A stretch of 64,000 nt of DNA from Lepidodermella squamata (GCA_047495785.1 JBLDXI010000002.1:1426001-1490000), one strand, 5' to 3'; shown: positions 1-12,790, counted from the first letter of the stretch. The notes: generated from the letters alone by a model not told the origin. Translations and numbers: made by a program.

Positions 1-157
1 GCCTTTCTTATTCGTAGGAAGACAGGAACAGATAAAGTCGGCGTGATATCTCGACTGATAATATCATTCATTTTACAAATCTGTTAAAATGCGAATTTCC
101 TCTTTATCTGATATCACTCAAATCCCACTTTTTGAAACATCAAGCAAGCGAAGGCAG

Positions 158-201
158 TGTTTTATCTATTACGGTTGATTAGTGCCGTAATAGATAAAAC
201 A
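158..201. repeat. Perfect 17-bp inverted repeat with 10-nt spacer
   Basis: tgttttatctattacgg (158-174) and ccgtaatagataaaaca (185-201). Confidence 0.9.
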
Positions 202-1060
202 GCCAGTTCGTTTTTGAAAGAATATAGGGTTTTGAGCTGTTTGGCGGCGATAGCTGTGAATTTTATCTATTGAGGGGAAGCCGAGGAAGGGAGACCAGAC
301 ACAGCCGAGGCGACAACCCGAGTGTGCAAACACCAGGGTGTTTTAAGGGTGTTTGTTCCAACAAGTGTGCTCATTCTTCGAACAGCTGATGTCATCGCCC
401 GACGAGCGAAAATCTGACGAAAAAGAACTGAAGCTACGCTTTCAAAATGCCCTCGCGGAAATTTGCGACCCGTATAAGCACAACTGTTTCAGAGAGCTTA
501 ATTCAAAATTTGAAAACAAGTATCATTTCTCGACATTTTCTTTAGCTTGATGAAACTTGGAATATCTTTTTGGCTCCAGTAATTTGTATCACTGATTCCC
601 TCGCTGCGGTAGTCAGAAATTTAGCTGCGAATTCATGAAAGAAAGATGTTTGAAAAATGAATTAAGGCGCAACAAACGCAGATCAAAAATTGCAAAATAT
701 AGATCCCGAGCTGAAAATCTCACTGAAATTACCCGATAGCAGATAACGGCCGACTACAATTTTTATCATTTGAAACTGAACCTATACCACTGCAGAATTT
801 GTCTCAAAAACAACGTATAGGAGCCTGCGTTTTCAATGACATTCAGAAATTCTCAGACTCGGATGGGACATATATAGCTTGTTCATCACCGGTTTCGGTG
901 CGCTTTCAGACACAGGTAGGATCACGTATTGTGTCGTTACCGCAGCACGTTCAAAACACCATCGTCCAGACGATGTATACATCACATAAATACACAATGT
1001 AGGTAACACACAATGCGCTTATTGTGCTAAACTTTTATACATTTTCACATAAATAGAGAT

Positions 1061-2832
1061 ATGCTGCTCAACTCGGTAGTAGTTTTAGCCACAACTTTGC
1101 TCGCTGTTACCTGCTCTAGCTCATCAGAACTGAGCAGCCTTCTCGAGCAGGGTATGCGATTGATGGCAGCCGAGGAATGGGACGAGGCGCGGGAGACCTT
1201 CTTACGACTGCTTCAAATTTTCAGCAAACTGCCGTCCATAGAGCAAGATAACTCGATTCTTATGACAATCCTAGACTACCTGCAATACACAGCGTATAAA
1301 TCAAACAAATTCTCACAGGCGTACCAAGTTTGCGAGAAAATTTTAACCGGCGGATTTCATTTAAGCGATGATGACCGCGAAAAGTACAAGTCAAGCCTGG
1401 AAATTTACCGGCAATTCCTCGCGATCGATCGGCAGAAAGAGGCCTTCGAGAAAGACGGCGGGTCTGAACGCGAATTCTGGGAGAAAGGCTACGAGTTATA
1501 CCGGGCGGATAATCTGACAGAGGCGCTAGCAATGTTCAGAGAATCGCATAGAATCTACAACAAAGCAACCGAGCTCGACATCCCGCATATTGTTCAAGAA
1601 ATCGATATTTTAGACTACATTCAATATTTGGCGTTCCGAGTTGGAGATGAGGAAGAAGGCTACGCGGCTTGTGATAGGATTGTTCACGAGCTCGAGATGA
1701 CAGACGAGCAAAAAGCGACTTATGCCGAGACTTTTGCCGACTGCAAAACGAGAATGGGCCAATTCGCAACTCATGCAGTCTCAAAGTTGAACGGGAAACC
1801 CGAGGAGAGGCAAATTCGAACAGCTAAGGTGCTTCTGACTGAAAACGATCACTACAACTTTTGCAGGGACGATGTCGCGAATGAGGCGGCGAGAATTCTG
1901 TCAGCAAATTCGAAACTTTTTTGTAGATTAGACAACCGGCAATTCCACCCTCTCCTTGTCCTAGCTCCTGTTAAGGAAGAATTCCTAAGCCTCGATCCAG
2001 TTATTTCGCTGATGCATGACGTCATGACTGCCTCGGATGTTAAAAAGTTGAAAAACGCGGCTCAGGATAAATTGGCCCATGCTTATGTTATCAACACGAA
2101 AACAGGCAAAAAGGAGTACAATTTCAACGATCGCTGGCAGATGAGCACATGGATTGATAATCACTTGGTCCCTGAACTTACCTATCGAATCGAAGCTTAT
2201 AGTGGACTTGATGCTAGGGAAGGAGGTAAACATTTGAAGAAATCGTTAAAAAAAATGTTCTATTTCGCTTTGATAGCTTGCGAAGATTATCAAGTCGGTC
2301 ATTACACCATTGGAGGCCGTGAGTTTTTATTGAATTTTTTGTTAATTTTAAATTGACCTCGATTTCGCAGACTATCTACCTCATTACGACAGCTTCCATT
2401 TCGAGGACGATCTGACTTTAGGAAATCGAATCGCTACAATGCTGCTGTATTTGAATGATGTCGAAGAGGGCGGAGGGACTGTTTTTCATCAGTTAGGATT
2501 TCGAGTCAATGCCACCTCACTTGCCGGACTTTTTTGGTACAATCATCACAAGAACGAAACTAGGGATTTGCGAACTCTTCACGCTGCTTGTCCTGTCATT
2601 CGAGGCGAAAAATGGGTTCGATTAAACGCTTTTTTTAATTAGTCGAATAATTTTTCGATTTATTTTCAAGGTATCAAACAAGTGGTTCAGATGGCGGGGC
2701 CAACTTTTACACAAGCCTCAAGGGAAGGATGAGCATGAAAGTTTTACAGCTGATGACTACGTCATATCGCCGGCAGTTAGACACGCTCGCCATGGAATAT
2801 TTTCGCCTCGACAGAGCAACAATTTAAAATAA
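1061..2832 (+). CDS. P4HA: Prolyl 4-hydroxylase alpha-subunit-like, copy 1 (4 exons; introns 2226-2276, 2319-2370, 2616-2670)
   Basis: Hydrophobic signal peptide, two ILDY(L/I)QY TPR-like units, HPLLVLAPVKEE, spliced PHYD, GNRIATMLLYLNDVEEGGGTVF, LHAACPV..GEKWVSNKW; GT-AG joins keep frame to TAA at 2830-2832. Confidence 0.93.
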
Positions 2833-3012
2833 AAATTGAAATAAAATCTGAGACGCCCTCGTAATAAATAAGGTTATAAATTTCAGTGCAAATGCGTGTT
2901 TCTAGCGCATACAAGAGCGAGAAAGCAAATAATGAGGAATTCAAAAATATTTCAGGCGAAAACAAACCATGCAGTGCAATTTTTTCTCAATTATAAATTA
3001 TTTTCCAAAAAT

Positions 3013-4550
3013 ATGTTAACTCGTAGTCAATTTTTCTTCATATTAGTAGCAATTTTTCCGATATTTAGCTCGCAACAAACAGCTGATAAATTGTTAGGCC
3101 TAATCAGCGATTTGAAGTTGGAACTTTTGAAGCTACGCGATCAAATTGAAGGCGACGTTTTGCAACAGCAACATGCAATTCAAAAACTCGAAAATATTCG
3201 CGGATCAAAATCGGCTGAAAAAATTCAAAACGCTATGCCGCCGAATGAATACGCTGCCGTTCAGTTTCAACTGGCCTTGACTCATTATAAAAACGAGCAG
3301 TGGAACGAATCTTACCATCGGTTAATTTCTAGTTGGGAGGCATTCAACGAATCACGTCTTCTTGGTCTAGCTAAGCCGTTAGATTCTGACGGCTTGGCTA
3401 TTGAAGAGTTGGATATCATTGACTACGCTCAATATACCGCTTATAGAGCGGGAAATATAGAGGGAGCGTTGATCCTATGTCGATACGCTCTGGAATTTAT
3501 CAAAATGCCGGCGAAACCCGAGCGGGAAACGTTTGAAAATCTTGCGAAATTTTACAAAAATCAGCTGCCGAAAAATGCAACCGCCGAGGCGATAGAACTA
3601 GTTTCTAGCACTGAGCATTATCAAAATTGCACTGATGGTAATTATAATTCAATTTTTTCCATCTTAAATATTTTTTATTTTAGATAAAGTGGACCTTTCC
3701 CTTAGAAATTTGGCATCAAAACGAGAGGCAAAATGTCGCTATTCGACTAGATCTAAACATCCGTTATTCGTAATTTCGCCTATTAAGGAGGAAATTTTAA
3801 GCCGCCGGCCTTTTGTTGTCCTTTTTCATGACATCGCAACGAAAAAAGAAATCGAAATTATCAGACAGCTTGCGGCTAATAAATTTCGCCAATCGAACGT
3901 TATTAGCTTATCGCCCGAAGACGATGTAGGTTTTTGAATTGCTGAATTTTCATCTTTCATCTTTCAGCCTGTTTCAGCCTAAAAAGCAGTGTGTCGATGA
4001 TTACCGTAAAGCTCAAACGTCGTGGGTTTTCGACAACGATCTCCTTCGAAGCCTTACTCGTCGCATTGAAGCCGCAACTGGGCTCGATGCTAACGCTCGA
4101 GATGGAGCTGAACAGTACCAGGTGACTAAATATTCGATCGGCGGGCATAATGCCCCGCATTACGACGTCATCCTAGGCGCTGGCTCTGAAACCATGGGCG
4201 ATCGAATCGCAACTTTGTAAAAATCTTAAAATTTGATTTCCATCGTTATTTCATGAAATTTCTATTTTAGGCTGATTTATTTGTCAAACGTGGTTAGTCA
4301 AGGTGGGACATTTTTTCATAAGCTCGGTATTGCTGTCAAGCCCGAGGCTGGTGCAGGGTTATTCTGGCATAATTGCCATCAAAACGAAACGTACGACGAG
4401 CGAACTCTTCACTCGGCCTGCCCTGTTCTAGCCGGCGAAAAGCTGGTCACAAATCGCTGGTTCCGATTTCGTGGCCAGTTCAGAACACGGCCGTGTGGCT
4501 TACGACCGAATTCATCATTCAGCGAACACAGCTTGACATTTAGAGTTTGA
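3013..4550 (+). CDS. P4HA: Prolyl 4-hydroxylase alpha-subunit-like, copy 2 (introns 3638-3683, 3926-3977, 4217-4270)
   Basis: Signal peptide MLTRSQFFFILVAIF, DIIDYAQY unit, HPLFVISPIKEE, GGHNAPHYD, GDRIATL|LIYLSNV, LHSACPVLAGEK. Confidence 0.92.
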
Positions 4551-4736
4551 AATAAAAATTGAGAAATCACCCTAATTTTTTGTTGTTTGTTTTTGGTGTG
4601 TAGATATTTTATTTGCTTTAAAATAGCGTGTGACCCAAACGCGAAAAAACATGTTTATTCCCTGCACCACCTAAAAATAACAACCAACTGGATATATTTG
4701 ACGCACATTTCGCCGCTAAATCTTTTGCAGAAAAAA

Positions 4737-6421
4737 ATGATTTTATTCCTAGTCTTTTTGTGCAATATTGGCCTGAATTTCGCTGAGGATGACATCGCTA
4801 AGCAATCCAATAAGAAATTCGCGGCGGCTAGGCTGCAAATTGCGACGGAAATCGAGTCACATAAGAAGGTTATTAGCCACCTTGAAGCTATGAGTGACTT
4901 CCTCAAGTCGGATGAGCCACTCCAATCGCAAACGGTGGGACAAGCGGTTCTGGATTTGGCATCGCAAAATCTATCAACAGCTGCAATCAAACTAGACGAG
5001 GAAATGCAAGACACTTATTTCTTTTTAAAAGAAATATTTCAAGGTAAAATAATTCAAGTATTTGAGATCATATTTCAACCCATTTTTTAGATATTCGTAA
5101 TGCTATGGGAACTTCAAAGTTACTGGAGCAGCAGCTTTACGATCAGGCGATGGCTAAGCAGGCTGAATCGAAGTGGTCCGAAGCGTATGATTTGCTGAAT
5201 CAATCTTGGGCGGCTTATAATGAGACGGAAAAATCAGGCGGGCAACACTCCGTCGACCTCATTTTCATCTTTGAATGGATGGAGTATGTCGCTTTTAAGC
5301 TCGAAAAAATCGCCGAAGCACTTGCGATCTGTAAACAAGCTTTAACCCTGGGCAACATGAACGACTTCCACCGGGAGCGGTTTAAAACCTCTGTGACTTT
5401 TTACGAGGGTTTGCTGTTGAATAAAACGCTGGAAAATGAGACTCCAGCTGCGATGGCGAAGCGGTTGGCTGATTCGGCGAAGTACGACCTGTGCCAGCCT
5501 GATAAAGCGCTGGAGCTTCACCAGAACTTATCGTCTAAACCGTTTGCGATTTGCCGCTTGACAAACCGGAATAACAACCCACTGCTGGTTTACGCACCTT
5601 TGAAGGAGGAAATTCTGAGTCTCGCGCCTCCTGTCGTATTTTTTCACGACATCGTCACTCGTTCGGAGAATGAGCTATTAAAGCGGCTTTCCCTGGAAAA
5701 ATTTAGCTCGGCTCAAATCTTGAGCCATCAGACGCAAAAAACGGCAGTTCAAGAAGAAACACGCCGGGCGAAAGTTGCTTGGTTGGATAAATCGAATTTT
5801 CCGGGTAATATTTAGAAAAAAAACCCTCCTTAAAATTTTCGAATTTCAAATTTTTCAAATTTTTTAAATTCAATTCATAATTTAATTTATAATTTGTAAT
5901 TTTTCTTAAAAGTTTTGAATTTGATCATTAATAAAAATTTATAATTTTAATAGAAATTTTAGGATTTTAGGATTTTTTCAATTTTTTCTTGTTTTCTAGG
6001 GCTGACTCAGCGCCTCGAGGCGATAACCCAACTTAACCCATTCTCAGATGCAGCCGAGACGTATCAGGTGAGCAAGTACGAAACAGGCGGGCATTACATC
6101 CCGCATTTTGACATGCTATTCGACGTGGCAAACGGCACCGGACTTGGCGATCGAATCGCAACGCTGCTCGTCTATCTTAACGACGTCGAAGAGGGCGGAG
6201 CGACTGTTTTCCCAAATTTAGGCGTGCATCAACAGCCGGAAAATAACGGCGCGCTGTTTTGGTACAATTTATTCGGCGATGAATCTTACAATATGCAGAC
6301 GCTTCACGCTGCATGTCCTGTTTTGAAGGGACACAAATTTGTTACTAATATGTGGTTCAGATACCTAGGTCAAATGCGACACAAACCGTGCGGTCCAAGT
6401 CGTGATTTTATGATTGAATAA
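4737..6421 (+). CDS. P4HA: Prolyl 4-hydroxylase alpha-subunit-like, copy 3 (introns 5044-5090, 5805-5999)
   Basis: Signal peptide MILFLVFLCNIG, NPLLVYAPLKEE, GGHYIPHFD, GDRIATLLVYLNDVEEGGATVFP, LHAACPVLKGHK. Confidence 0.93.
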
Positions 6422-6867
6422 AATTGTCAGATGAATACTGTATAAATTCGTTGTTTCGTGATCGAAAAGCCCACGAGACGTTTTCGCACCTGTTTCCAGC
6501 TTTTAATTTGCGTGATGCCCCGTTTTTTTTACATTCCGATAATTCAAAATCCATATAAAAGCGCCGTTAAAAATTGAAATTTTATTTATGCTTTCCTGTT
6601 TATCGGCCGTATTATTTTTAAAGCAAGACTCACCTTATAACAACAATATAAGGCGAAGAGAGCCGCCCTTATAGAAAAATAGCGCTTTTCATTAATGAAG
6701 AGCGCCATTCATCGTAATAATGCGAAATTTTCTTACAGGCCTAAAGCGGCGGGGACGTTGAATAGGTAATAATATTTTCAATACAGTATGAATGATGCAG
6801 AATTTTTGTTTTCTACCCTTTCAAAAATTTGTTTTTTTCTTATATTTTAGCCGAATAAATTATAAAA

Positions 6868-9090
6868 ATGAGGCTAAAATTCGTTATTTTTGTCCTAATT
6901 ATCGGATTGATCACTCATGCCGAAGCTCAATCATTCGGCGGCCGGTCGCCATTTACCCTGGCGATTCAAGGCTTTTACGAGCTCATCGATTTCATCAACT
7001 TCATTTTCACATTTGACCACGAAAATTTACGGCCGAAATTCAACTCAATGGGCTGTCCGATCGACGAATTAGGCCGGTCTGAACAGGATCATTGGAATTT
7101 AGGCAACCAATTGATTGCGGACGGAAAATTCAAGGAGGCGTTTGAAATTTTGAAAAATCTCTGGTCGGTGATTATTCAAATTGAAAAGAATAAGCTTCGC
7201 CACTGCATTTTCCTCGACGACCCGATCGATTTGCTGTACAAAGTTTACGAGGCGGCGTATAAAATGCGAGATTTCAACACGTCGCGGGACATTCTTCAGG
7301 CAATTTTCCAATACCCTCAATTGACTAAAGATAGGCACGAGCGGGCGATCAAGCTGATGAGTGACCTTCAAAAGGAAGTTCAAGACGACGCGATGAAGGA
7401 AATTATCGAGGATTTTGCCAGCGGCGATTCCGAAAGAATGGCGGCTGGGACGAAAAAAATCGAAGCTTTACCGGCGTATAGTTTGTGCTCAGATGCCGCC
7501 AGTGAGGAAGCTCTGAGAAAATTGGCGACAAAACGGCACGCATTTTGCCGGTACAGCAATCGAAACCGGCATCCGTTACTCATCTTAAAACCGGTTAAGG
7601 AGGAAATTTTCAGCTTAAAACCGATTGTGGTGTTCTTTCATGATGTGATTACGAAAAGCGATGTTGAGTCTATCAAAGGATTAGGCCGCGAGCGGCTCTC
7701 TTTCTCGACAGTTTTCGGCCATGAAAATGAGGTATTTTTAATTAAATTAAATAATTACCTATAATTTATTTGTAACCTTTTTCAGACCTTGGAACATACT
7801 CGTAAATCAAAAATAGCATGGCTGGAATCAAAGCTTTTCTCCCAATTAACCGCTCGCCTGGAAGCAGTGATCGGTATGAACGGCGATGATTCTGGATCCG
7901 AAGCTTACCAGCTGGCCTACTACACCCAAGCCGGTCATTATGTTAGTTGAAAAAATATCTATTTTCCTGATCATTATCGATTGATTTTCATTCAAAGTTG
8001 CCACATTATGACAATTGGGGCGCGCAAAATGTCCCGGAGAGTCAAGCAGCGCTTGGTGATCGGCTGGCAACTCTGTAAGTTTACTGTGAAACTGATTGAA
8101 AATTGCGGGGAATAAAAAATCCGGAAAAATTAGGTTAAAACCGGTAAAATACCGAAAATTACCGAACCAGTCACCATCGGGTTTTTCCGGGTTTCTCCGA
8201 AAAAATCTAAATTCCATTGGTGACAGCGCAGATAAAGAACGGGTTATGTTCGTTGTAGGTTTAATTTTTAGGAATTTGATAAATTACAGCATGTCCCATA
8301 AGTAAACAAACGCAAACAAAGGAAATGCACGGAAAAGGGATCAGAACCTCTGAAATAGGAGGGGAAGTCATATCTCATGCCATGGCATCCCATGGCATCC
8401 CAAAAATTTAAGAAAAATCCAAAATGTCACGCGAATAGTAATCAAGTATGTCTCTTGTGAATGGGATACAAAATTCCGAAGAAATTTGATCAAACCAGGT
8501 AAAAACCGAAAATTACCAAATCAGTTACCATCGGGTTTTTCAGGGTTTTCCCCGGTAAAAATTCTTAACTCCACCGTTGAAAGCGCAGATAAAGAACGGT
8601 TTATGTTCTTTGTAGGTTTAATTTTCGGGAATTTGAAAAATTATTATCTTAAATTGGAACATTATACACAACTTATCAGGTTTTCATAATAAAGTTTATT
8701 CCCGATGTTTTCGCGGCTAGGCTGATTTATTTATCCGATATCTCAATGGGTGGCCGAACGATCTTCTCGAAGTTAAACATATCAGTGGCACCCCAGGCTC
8801 GAGGAGCCGTGTTTTGGTACAACAACCACCGAAACGATTCAAATGACGAGCGAAGCCTGCACGCTGCTTGCCCCGTATTACAGGGCGAGAAGTGGGCTGT
8901 CAACAAGTGGTACCGGTCGAAGGGCCAGTTACTCCACAAACCCTGCGCGACTAAGCCGGATATCACCTTTACCCTGGCTGATTTTTCGCTCCCGAAATCG
9001 CTGCAAATTGCGCTGATTAAAGAGAAAATTAGAAGTAGCTATTACGAAATTTCTCAGCTGCCACAGCCGCAGGTTCAGCCACCACAGTGA
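6868..9090 (+). CDS. P4HA: Prolyl 4-hydroxylase alpha-subunit-like, copy 4 (introns 7732-7785, 7942-7997, 8075-8720)
   Basis: Signal peptide, HPLLILKPVKEE, spliced GHY|LPHYD, GDRLATL|LIYLSD, LHAACPVLQGEKWAVNKW. Confidence 0.92.
8111..8646. repeat. Diverged direct repeat (about 8111-8290 and 8466-8646) inside the long intron of P4HA copy 4
   Basis: The two ~180-bp blocks align by eye, e.g. ccgaaaattacc, ccatcgggtttttc, agcgcagataaagaacgg, gtaggtttaatttt. Confidence 0.88.
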
Positions 9091-9346
9091 TATTATTTCT
9101 CATCCTTGCTTCAATCAAACGTAGCTTCTAAACAATTTTATTTTATGTGATTATAAATTTACGAAATTTGCCAAAAAACAACAAATTTTTTGGTGTATCG
9201 CACGTAATTAAAGTATAATAAAAGACGGTTATAGCAGAATATATAATGTCGGTATGAAAAAAAAATGATGTTGAGTTTTGCCTCAGTGTAGCTATAATAG
9301 TCTATTTAAAACTTGACTTTTTCCAAAGATTAAATCTTCATAACTT

Positions 9347-11501
9347 TTAGCAGAATTGAGGTACATTTTGAGCCTCTGGGTTCACCATCCAGCAATAATT
9401 ACCGCAGGTTGAAGTGTAGTGACCGGTGTTGCCGTCGACAATACCGCATAACGTCGTCGCGCTCCATTGGCCAAGGTAGGTTACTGAACCCTGGCTAGCG
9501 GCTGAGTTCATCGGAACAGCTTGGCCGTAAGAAAACGTTTGCGTAACGATTGGAGAGCCGTATGAAAACTGAAATCAGTCGAACAATGGCTGAATGCTGA
9601 AAACTGATTTTCGGAAGAAAAACTCACCGACATCTTCCAATTAGGATCCAGGGTTCCAGAAATCGCTGGGAGCGAAAACGTGACCTTCTGCATCGGACCG
9701 CCAGCATAGCTCCACCCTGCAAGTACCACGTCAGTACCAGGTCGGCAAACCTTGGCGCAGTCACTTTCGAACGGCACGCAAACCGGCTGAACAGTGAAAT
9801 TCGAGAAAGTAAGGTTCGCTAAAGAAAAATCGAGATTAATGGAATAATTAAAGGTAAATAATTACAGGGCAATTTAATCATTGCGAACGTTCTGCTTGGG
9901 TCGTAGTAGATCGAACTAGCCGGGACAGTGACGTTGAATTCGTTGCGAGCCAATACAGGTTGGGTGCGGTTGATCCCGCTGATTCTCGGCGCCTCCTGAG
10001 CCCCGAATCGGACAACAATGCTCGAAACATCGGGCAGAATATCTGACAGCAGCGTGTGGGTGATGTCGCCTGTTGTGCCCGAGAAGCATGTTCGTGACGT
10101 CAGAACCCAACCGTTGTTGAGAATTACGCCGGAGCAAGTTGCGCACAGGCTGTTGTCAGGGTGCGAGTTGCAGATAACGTTGAGTCCGACCTGCCACGGG
10201 AATTCGTTGATGAGCGTCGGCTGGACAATGTTGGTCGCACGGGATTGGAAGTTGACGGCCATCGCCATTGGCACGTGCGCTGAGGCGGCTTGGTAGCCGT
10301 TGATACCGCATTTCGGCATGCCGCTGGTGACGACAGGAGGCGGCACGGTGGGGGTCAAACGTTGGCGGGCGACTATCCACTCGATCGAATCGCAAACTGA
10401 TACGTAGGTGTTGTCGAATCCAGTGAATCCGCATAGAGAGTAACGGCCGAACTGGACAGTCGAAATTAAGGACCCGATTTGGAACTGTTGAAAAAATTAA
10501 TTTTCAAGAGGCTACACATGTAAAATTGCAGCTCACTGAGGTGTTCAAGAATCGATTTGACGGAATTTCCAGGGTCGCTTTTTGCAAGAAGTTTGACAAG
10601 TCTGTATAATCGAAAAATTGTACTCATCGATTTCAAACGGGGCAAGTATCGATTGACCTGGGAAAAACATCGACCAGCCGCTTTGCATGGCTCGAGATGC
10701 GGTTACGCATTGGCTGGAACAAGATGCCGATGTTGCTGGGATGCAGATAGACTGAACGTTCCAGTTTTGGAAGCCGAGAGGAGCTTGAAATCGGAAAGGA
10801 TAATCATGAAAACACCGTTATTTCTCAATTCATGATTTGATAAAATTTTATAAATTTCATTAAATTAAAAAAAAAATTAAAAATTTACTTGGAAGACGAA
10901 GCAGAGCAAGGGAATTCTTCGGATCAGGGAAGTAGTTCGTAACAGGAATTCGCATGTAGAACTGTCCTTGGTTATCAGTGACATTTCCGAGAACTCGGTA
11001 ATGAGCGAAATAAGCTGTGATCGCTCTGGGAAATGAAAAGTTATTGACTGTATTCTCACGCCATGAAACTTACGTCAAACGTTCTATGTTGATAATCGGA
11101 TCATTCGCGACTGTCAACAACCAGTTTGAGTTGATTATAGCCGCTGAGCGAAGGGTCATGAACGTTCCGTATTCATAGACAACAAAGGCCTGTTAATACA
11201 GCCTTGAAAAATCAAATTACTCCGAAAATTTGATCCTAATTACCATCCAGGGAAATTCCATAGGACGGCTGTTTTGTTGGAGGACATTAGCGCCAATTGT
11301 AGCCGATTCTCCAGTGTTCATAAACATGTTAACGCCACACCCGGCCAGGTAGGGCGGGCGAGTTTCAGCCCTGGTTTCGGGCGTGGTACTCTGATCGCGA
11401 ATCGGGTTATTACCCCAGCCAGGCTGGCACGTGACGTAACACTGCCCAGCTGCATCGCCGATCAAAGCTGACAGAATCAAACCAACGACTGGTATAATCA
11501 T
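9347..11501 (-). CDS. Secreted serine-protease homologue with two tandem non-catalytic trypsin-like domains (about 8 exons)
   Basis: Signal peptide; domain 1 CGVN..EFPWM..NWLLTVAND..SLALLRLP..VQSICIP..SGW; Pro/Thr linker; domain 2 CGING..EFPWQV..CSGVILNNGWVLTSRTC..FAMIKLP..VQPVCVP..LAGW..SYGSPI; stop at 9349-9347. Confidence 0.8.
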
Positions 11502-12259
11502 TTTAGCCTAGCAAAAAAATAGCGCGGTAAGTTTTCTGCAAAAAACTGGGAATAAGATTATCACGCTTGAGGATTATATTTCTGAGTCGCATGGTTATAA
11601 AACGGTTCATATTATACGTTAATGGGCTGTTTTATTTTCTAATGACGCGACAGATGAAGAAGAAGAAGAGATAGACCCGCCCTTGAAGTCTCGCGAGCTG
11701 CTGGCCTACGCACCGAGCATGGTAGCGATAATAGCCGTTAATAGGCAGTTGATCCGCAGGTATTATCCTCATCTATCTGTTTATTTAATATTTTTCTCTT
11801 TCTATCACCCGTGCTACCTGTTTTTATGACACCACGCACCAGTGAACGCGCGAAAAAACACTCGCGATTTTATTACTCGCGCGCGCGTGCACTTTTTATC
11901 GTCATCGGCACCTTGTCGACTTGCCGCGTTAATGCGCTGGCGCGTTAATCCGTCTGTCCTGGCGGCACGCCGAGCGCATCACTTGGCACGACATGACCCT
12001 CCGAGGCGCTTCGCGAGACACGCGACTGAGTGAATCAGCCACCTCTTATATTCTCCCTCGAATGCACTGACCCGAAAGTGATGAAGGTCCTGAAGCACAT
12101 GTTGGCCTCACTGACTTGAGACAAAGAGGATAAACAGGATTTAGTTGTTCGAGGTCGCCTCCATCTAGATTACACTCTCAGCTTCATATACTACCTCCAT
12201 TTTCAATTATTAGGCCGGCCTCTGGAACCGCAAGTATTACCCAAAGAAATGATTCAACT

Positions 12260-12790
12260 TCGAAAAGAGCGGGATATGCACTTCATGCTTTCTGTAATAT
12301 AGAGAGCATAAGAACCTGCATCGGTAAAAAATCTCGTCGAATCATCGATCAGAAGGCCCGCAGTGGAATTATCCTTGACCCAACAATCAGAATCGAAAAA
12401 AATCCAACAAACGGACAACACCAGTTCTATTCGGTAGACGCCGAAAAGAAAGCAATCTACGAAAGCTGCATTGAAGATATCAACAAAACAAGGAAGCTGA
12501 AAAAGATAACCGTCCTGGGGTTATATTTCGGATCTCGCGCCTCGATTTGCAAGCCGGCAGTGGAAGCATTGCGCAATTTAGGAATCGGCAAACCGACCAT
12601 CCATCGAATCCTTTCGGAAATAGCCTATCGCAGCAGCTAGATGATTAATTCTTTCCTCTACGAACCTGTTAAATAAAATAATCCTAAACCTTAAAACACA
12701 TATCCAAAGAAATTCTAGTTACTCCAGTGTCGTTATGGCAACTGTTATTTATAAATAACAGCGGGCTTTTGTTGTTCATAACAATAAAAT
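12260..12790 (+). mobile_element. Decayed 3' fragment of a non-LTR retrotransposon with a restriction-like endonuclease (RLE) domain
   Basis: Frame from 12341 reads IIDQKARSGIILDPTIRIE..VDAEKKAIYE..VLGLYFGSRA, resembling the D-P-T-x-R-x-E / EKKxIY / GLxxGxR motifs of RLE domains; internal TAG at 12638, no RT domain, 20-bp palindrome 12742-12761 then AATAAA. Confidence 0.68.

Noticed and set aside
5825-5833. TAAGGAGG as a Shine-Dalgarno signal or bacterial contamination
   Set aside because: Hits lie in spliceosomal introns in both orientations and not before start codons; all genes are eukaryotic.
8096-8689. Two similar small ORFs (69 and 67 aa) that look like a peptide family
   Set aside because: They are translations of the intronic direct repeat with non-ATG starts.
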